Assembly (NCBI GenBank): GCA_963833985.1
Contig: CAWIAD010000002.1
Coordinates: 2,944,001 to 3,008,000 of the forward strand
DNA from: an uncultured Planctomycetaceae bacterium
GTDB lineage: Bacteria > Planctomycetota > Planctomycetia > Isosphaerales > Isosphaeraceae
Length of the DNA: 64,000 nt
Reading direction: 5' to 3'
The notes below the pieces were generated by a model. That model was not told the DNA's origin. It made no database searches and saw only the letters and a program-made list of their open reading frames with translations. The translations under genes and the position numbers were made by a program. Shown piece after piece: positions 58,980 through 64,000 of the stretch (its first letter is position 1; every line of letters starts with the position of its first letter).

Positions 58980-61055
58980 ATGGGTAATGTCGACCGAGCG
59001 GTCTTGCTGAAGCAGATGGACCGGCTCCATCGCGACGGGACGTACACCCACCAGAGCGACTCGCAGCTCCTCGACCGCTACCTGCGGTCGCGCGATGAAG
59101 GGGCGTTCGAGGCGATCGTTCAGCTGCACGGTCCCCTGGTGCTGGCCCTCTGCCGGCGCTTCCTGCGTGATCCGCGGGACATCGAGGACGCCTTCCAGGC
59201 CACATTCCTGATCCTGGCCCGGAAGGCCGGGTCGATCCGTGACCGCGCCGTCCTCTCGAGCTGGATTTACGGAGTGGCCTACCGGGTTGCGGTCCGTGCC
59301 CGGGCCGACGTGCTCAGGCGGCGGTCGCTCGAAATGGGCGTTCCGCTCCTGGATGATTTCTCCGCCGCGGTCTTGCCCGAGCCCGACGAGACCGGGCTGT
59401 TGCTCGATCAGGAGCTGAACCGCCTGCCGGAGAAGTACCGCGCACCGATTGTCCTGTGCTATCTCAACGAGCAGACCCACGACCAGGCGGCCGCGGCGCT
59501 GGCCTGTCCGGTGGGAACCGTGCGCAGCCGGCTGGCGCGAGGCCGTGCGCTGCTCAAGGAGCGGCTGGCGCGCCGGGGTTGTACACAGGCCGCGCCCCTG
59601 CTGGGCCTGACGCCTGGGATCTCCATCCGGTCATTGACGACGGCCGTGCCAGAGCCGCTGGTGCGGGCGACGGTCGCGGCCGCGGCTCGGGCCCTGGAGA
59701 TGACAGGCACTGGAGTTCGCCCGGCCTTGCTCTCTCTCATCAGTTCCGGATCTCCTTCTCTCTCCGGGTCGGCCACGACCCTGGCTCAAGGAGTGCTCAC
59801 GACCATGGCAGTGACTCAGATGAAGATCATCGCGGCAGGACTGACGACGGCGGGCCTGCTCGCCGGCGGGCTCTCCGCCGGCGCATTCGCGCTGGGATCG
59901 TCGGGGCCGGGCCAGCAGGATGCGCAGCCCGTGCCGGCTCAAAAGACCGCGCCGAGGACCTCCGTGCCGCCGGCCACGCCAACTCCCGAGCTTGACATGA
60001 TCCCCGCCGCCAGGCCGCCGGTGTCCGTTCCTGGTCCGGGCCCTGGTGCGTCCGGCGTGGAAACACGGCTGGCCGAGCTGGAACGCAAGCTGGACCTGTT
60101 GCTCGAGCGAATGGGTCGGCCGCAAGCCCCCGCGGCCGGGGCGCAAGACCTCGTTTTCCCCTTTCGAACTCACGGAGTCGTTCCGAATGAGCCCCCCCCG
60201 GTTTCTGCGGTCCCGAGCGTGAATCCTCCTGACTCCGCGCCGCTTCAAGGGCCGCAAACGCAAGGGCCGCAAACGCAACTTCCTCCGGCTCGTGCTGAGG
60301 ATCTCGGCCCGTCCGACGTAGTTGCCCCGGCAGTCGCCCAGCGGCAGTTGCCGCCTGTGCCGGTCGTTCTGCCGATGCCCGCCACGTTCGATCAACTCAC
60401 TGGCCTGCCGAATCCGCCACCGCCGCCTCAAGACGCATTGAATAATCTTCCACTGCTAGAAAGGAGAGTCCCAGCGCTGCCCAGGGGAAACGATGTGTTG
60501 GGGATGATGGATTCCGGGCATTCGTCGCTCCGGGAAGTCAATGCGCAGCTTGATATCGCGGTGGCGCATTTCCGGAGAAGCAAGCAGCTTCTTGACGTTG
60601 GAGCCATCGACCGCGAGGCTTATCAGAAGTGTCTGGATGACATCCGGCTGCTGATGGCCAAGCTTCAGGGGATGGGTGAGGACCTGTCCGACGAACTCGT
60701 GCGGCTGAAGATCGAGCTGCTCAAGAAGCAGGCCGAGCTCAAGCTCGCCGACAGTCAACGGGCCTCGACAGCCAGGACCGCGGCAAGCACGAAGAAGATG
60801 GCAGAGAAAAAAGTGGTCAGCCCGGACGAGGCAGCCCATGCCATGGATGATCTTGGCGCCGCCGAGGCTCGGGTTGTGATCCAGCGCACCGAGGTTCAAC
60901 TGGCCGAGATGCGCATGGAGCAAGTCGAACGGCGCAAGCAGGCGATCTTGCAGGATCTCAGCGAAGTCCTGAGGATCCCGGAACTCAAGCAGGAGCTTGG
61001 CGTCCGGCGTCGGACTGCCGAGCCGGATCAGTCCAGGACTGGTCCCACCTCGTAG
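58980..61055 (+). CDS. ECF sigma factor with long C-terminal extension (TM, Pro-rich linker, coiled coil)
   Basis: DIEDAFQATFLILARKAGSIR, LPEKYRAPIVLCYL, GTVRSRLARGR; TM IIAAGLTTAGLLAGGL; helical HlyD-like tail. Confidence 0.9.
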   Translation: MGNVDRAVLLKQMDRLHRDGTYTHQSDSQLLDRYLRSRDEGAFEAIVQLHGPLVLALCRRFLRDPRDIEDAFQATFLILARKAGSIRDRAVLSSWIYGVAYRVAVRARADVLRRRSLEMGVPLLDDFSAAVLPEPDETGLLLDQELNRLPEKYRAPIVLCYLNEQTHDQAAAALACPVGTVRSRLARGRALLKERLARRGCTQAAPLLGLTPGISIRSLTTAVPEPLVRATVAAAARALEMTGTGVRPALLSLISSGSPSLSGSATTLAQGVLTTMAVTQMKIIAAGLTTAGLLAGGLSAGAFALGSSGPGQQDAQPVPAQKTAPRTSVPPATPTPELDMIPAARPPVSVPGPGPGASGVETRLAELERKLDLLLERMGRPQAPAAGAQDLVFPFRTHGVVPNEPPPVSAVPSVNPPDSAPLQGPQTQGPQTQLPPARAEDLGPSDVVAPAVAQRQLPPVPVVLPMPATFDQLTGLPNPPPPPQDALNNLPLLERRVPALPRGNDVLGMMDSGHSSLREVNAQLDIAVAHFRRSKQLLDVGAIDREAYQKCLDDIRLLMAKLQGMGEDLSDELVRLKIELLKKQAELKLADSQRASTARTAASTKKMAEKKVVSPDEAAHAMDDLGAAEARVVIQRTEVQLAEMRMEQVERRKQAILQDLSEVLRIPELKQELGVRRRTAEPDQSRTGPTS
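60246..60278. repeat. 15-bp in-frame tandem repeat (QGPQT x2)
   Basis: caagggccgcaaacg caagggccgcaaacg caa. Confidence 0.8.
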
Positions 61056-61128
61056 AACACGTCAAGCTGTCCCTACGGGGGGCGGTACACGCGACGGGAG
61101 CCCGCGGATTGCCTGAAGGCAACGCGGC

Positions 61129-61689
61129 TCACGTCGCTCGCTCTTTCACCATCGTGCTGATGGTCTTGAACTCGGGGCGGTCGGCCGATTCTAGCCATTC
61201 GAAGAGGACGGCTTCGGTGCTGGAGACGACGGCTCCGGCGTGCTCGAGGCGGCGGATGGCGAACTCCCAGTCGAAGCGGTGACGCGAGCTGACGGCATCG
61301 GCGGGAACTTGCACACGAAAGCCGAGGTCAAGCAATTCGACGGCGGTCTGGGCCACGCAGACGTGGGCCTCGATGCCGGCCACCGTGATGTGGCGAATGT
61401 GCCGGCTGTAAAGCTGCTCCACCAGTCGCGGCACGGCACAGCAATGGAAGGTCATCTTGGAGGGCCGTTCGGGGAGCAGGGCGGCCAGGGGGCCCACGGT
61501 GGGGCCCAGCCCGCGGGGGTATTGCTCGGTGGCCCAGACGGGCATCTCCAGCAGTGTGGCGGCACGGATCAGCCGCACGATGTTCTCGGTGAGCAGCACC
61601 CGGTCAGCCATGGCCGCCAGAAGCTTTTCTTGCATGTCCACGACCAGCAAGGCGCCATGCTGGGCGGTGAGCCTTTCGGTCAATCGCAT
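61129..61689 (-). CDS. Isochorismatase-family cysteine hydrolase
   Basis: LLVVDMQEKL, TEQYPRGLGPT, K, GIEAHVCV catalytic motifs. Confidence 0.92.
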   Translation of the reverse strand: MRLTERLTAQHGALLVVDMQEKLLAAMADRVLLTENIVRLIRAATLLEMPVWATEQYPRGLGPTVGPLAALLPERPSKMTFHCCAVPRLVEQLYSRHIRHITVAGIEAHVCVAQTAVELLDLGFRVQVPADAVSSRHRFDWEFAIRRLEHAGAVVSSTEAVLFEWLESADRPEFKTISTMVKERAT

Positions 61690-61936
61690 GGGGAATGCCT
61701 TCTGCGGAGCGCCGCTGCTCGAGATCTCGGGCACCTGGTGCCCATGACTGGACATCCTGAAGTTACGTCGGCCGGTGCCCCCGGTCAAGCGGCCGTCACG
61801 CCTGACCGCGGCTTGCCTTGCCCCTTCCCATGCTCTAGCGTTAGGATGTTCTCCACCATGTACTTTCGTCCGTGTGCCGGCGCGTGCGCCGGAACGTCTC
61901 CTCCGGCCGTGCCGCGCCTGAGCCAGGATCCGAGCC

Positions 61937-63748
61937 GTGGCCGACAACCCTCGACTGCTGGTCATCGATCGCGAAACGTCGCGCGGCAAGTCCACGCTCG
62001 AAAAGCTGGGCCAGGCGTTCGACCTGGAGACGGTGCATTCCATCTCCAGGGCCATCGCCCTGCTGCGCGACACGGACTTCTGCGGGGTGTTCGTCGATGC
62101 CACGCAGCTTGCGGCCGTGCGCTGGGTGGGCATGATCATCCAGGCCGAGGAGATTCTCGACGCGATTGCCGACGGCGTGGCCGTGGTCGACCCGGACCTG
62201 CGGATCATCTGGGCAAACCCCGAGTTCGTGTCGCTGGCAGACCCCCAGGCGCAGGCCGCCGGGGGCACCTTCTACCAGGTGCTGGCCGAATCGGAGATCC
62301 TCGATAAGCAAACCTGTCCGTTCACCACAGCGGCCGCCTCGCGTGCGCCGGCGAGCACGGTGATGAAGATCCGCGGGTGCCGCTACGTGCGGGTGACGGT
62401 GACGCCCGTCCATGACGCGGCCGGCACGCTCACCCACCTCATTGCCCTCACCCGCGAGATCACCGACGAGACCCAGCAGCAGCTCAAGGTCACCGCGATT
62501 GCCAAGGCAGGAGACGAACTCGCGGATCTCACGCCCGAGGAACTGGCGCAGCTTGGAGTCGAGGAACGGACGGACCTCCTGAAGTACAACATCGCCCGTC
62601 ACATGAAAGATCTGATGGGCCTGGACTACATCGAGATCCGCCTGCTCAAGAAGGACACCGGCAAGCTTGTCCCCCTGCTCAGTGAGGGCATGTCTCCGCT
62701 CTCCGCCACGCGCGAGCTGATGGCGAGTAAAGAAGGGAACGGTGTGACGGGCTTCGTGGCCGCAACCGGCCAGAGCTACCTGGCGCCGGACACCACCAAG
62801 GATCCGCTGTACATCACGGGCGCCGAGAATGCGCGGAGCTCGCTGACGGTCCCCCTGGTGTTCCACGGCACGGTGGTGGGGACGCTCAACGTGGAGAGCC
62901 CCCAGCCGAACAACTTTGACGACCGCGACCGCCAGTTCCTGGAGATCTATGGCCGCAACATCGCCTCGGCCCTGAACACGCTGGAATTGCTCCAGGCCGA
63001 GAAGCACAGCACGGCGAGTGCCTCGGTCCAGGCGATCAGCCGCGAGCTGGCACTGCCGCTGGACGACATCATCACCGATGCCACGACGGTGCTCGACCGC
63101 TACGCCGGCCATGACGACGACATCGTGGCCCGGCTGCGCCATTTGCTCTTCCGCGCTCGAGAGATCCGCAGCATCATTCACAACGTGGGCGCGGCGATCG
63201 TATCGCAGCCCCGGCAGAACGTGCAGGTACCGGTCTCGCGGCTGGCGGGCGTGCGGCTGCTGGTGGTCGATGCCGACGAATCGATCCGCAAATCGGCCCA
63301 TCATCTGCTTGGCGTGCAGGGCGCCTTCGTGGAGACAGCCCGCGACGGCCACGAGGCGGTCGCCCTGATGCGCCAGACCCATTATTCCGCCGCGCTCGTG
63401 GACATCCGGCTCCCCGACCTCGACGGCTACCAGATCTATCACAGGCTGCACGAGGTCCAGCCGCAGACGCCGATCATCCTCATGACAGGCTTTGGCTACG
63501 ACCCCACGCATTCGATCGTCAAGGCGCGCCAGGAGGGGTTGCAGACGGTGCTCTACAAGCCGTTCCGCTCCGATCGCTTGATGGAGGCCGTCGAGCAGGC
63601 GCTGCGGGCGGCCACCTCACCCGGACCAGTAAGCCACGGAACCGAGGGCAACGACGGCGTGCCGCCGGCGCCGGCGGCGCCTGAGGCGGCCGGCGACGGC
63701 CCCAGCGCGGGGTCACGGGCCGCGGAGGCGATTCGCCATGAGTCTTGA
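61937..63748 (+). CDS. PAS-GAF-(pseudo HisKA)-receiver signalling protein
   Basis: DGVAVVDPDLRIIWANP (PAS); GVTGFVA..SSLTVPL..GTLNVES..FDDRD (GAF); LVDIRLPD, MTG, YKP (REC). Confidence 0.85.
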   Translation: MADNPRLLVIDRETSRGKSTLEKLGQAFDLETVHSISRAIALLRDTDFCGVFVDATQLAAVRWVGMIIQAEEILDAIADGVAVVDPDLRIIWANPEFVSLADPQAQAAGGTFYQVLAESEILDKQTCPFTTAAASRAPASTVMKIRGCRYVRVTVTPVHDAAGTLTHLIALTREITDETQQQLKVTAIAKAGDELADLTPEELAQLGVEERTDLLKYNIARHMKDLMGLDYIEIRLLKKDTGKLVPLLSEGMSPLSATRELMASKEGNGVTGFVAATGQSYLAPDTTKDPLYITGAENARSSLTVPLVFHGTVVGTLNVESPQPNNFDDRDRQFLEIYGRNIASALNTLELLQAEKHSTASASVQAISRELALPLDDIITDATTVLDRYAGHDDDIVARLRHLLFRAREIRSIIHNVGAAIVSQPRQNVQVPVSRLAGVRLLVVDADESIRKSAHHLLGVQGAFVETARDGHEAVALMRQTHYSAALVDIRLPDLDGYQIYHRLHEVQPQTPIILMTGFGYDPTHSIVKARQEGLQTVLYKPFRSDRLMEAVEQALRAATSPGPVSHGTEGNDGVPPAPAAPEAAGDGPSAGSRAAEAIRHES

Positions 63749-64000
63749 GCAGCCGTGGCTCGGGGCACTCGGCACCCTGGCCGTGCCGGCGCTGGGCCAC
63801 CTCTATCACTTCGTCCTGGCCGTGAATATCACCAGCGGCTGGGGCCTGAGCGAGCGGAACCTGGGGCGGCTACGCCTCGTGCTGCTGGCCGTCGTGGGCG
63901 GCTCGGCAGCCTTCCTGCTCTGCCGGCATCTCCGCGAGCCCTGGTGGACCTGGCCGTGGCCCTTGCGCGGTTATGCCCTGCTTTGCACCGTCTCCGGCGG
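63738..64000 (+). CDS. Membrane protein N-terminus, truncated by the window edge
   Basis: ATG 63738 overlaps the previous gene; open hydrophobic frame MSLEQPWLGALG... to the end of the window. Confidence 0.55.
   Translation, partial: MSLEQPWLGALGTLAVPALGHLYHFVLAVNITSGWGLSERNLGRLRLVLLAVVGGSAAFLLCRHLREPWWTWPWPLRGYALLCTVSG

Overview
High-GC bacterial chromosome segment. The gene content (ECF sigma factors with C-terminal extensions, PVC-type CxxCH dehydrogenase, GldA/GldFG/DUF4340 cluster, BlaI/M56 pair) points to Planctomycetota, possibly Isosphaeraceae (inference). Most of the window is core or semi-core genes: pepA, System II cytochrome c maturation (ccsB/resB, ccsA), gatCAB, ilvN-ilvC, maf, aspartate aminotransferase, fabF and tRNA-Ser(GCT). 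Four loci stand out. (1) An ECF sigma factor fused through a TM helix to a C-terminal cytochrome c'-like CxxCH domain lies directly upstream of the cytochrome c maturation genes. (2) A HEPN + degenerate MNT-like gene pair is wedged between gatA and gatB. (3) A decayed accessory region (about 53.2-58.6 kb) downstream of tRNA-Ser is divided by two 55-bp repeats that begin with the tRNA 3' end. It holds two attC-type integron cassettes without an integrase, an AbiEi/AbiEii pair with an internally deleted toxin, and an orphan kinase-like polymorphic toxin tip plus a candidate immunity gene. (4) An internally deleted IS630 element retains 13-bp terminal inverted repeats. About ten otherwise intact genes carry small frameshifts, mostly in homopolymer or CG runs, which most likely reflect long-read sequencing error. 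All family assignments come from motif recognition by eye, not from database searches.
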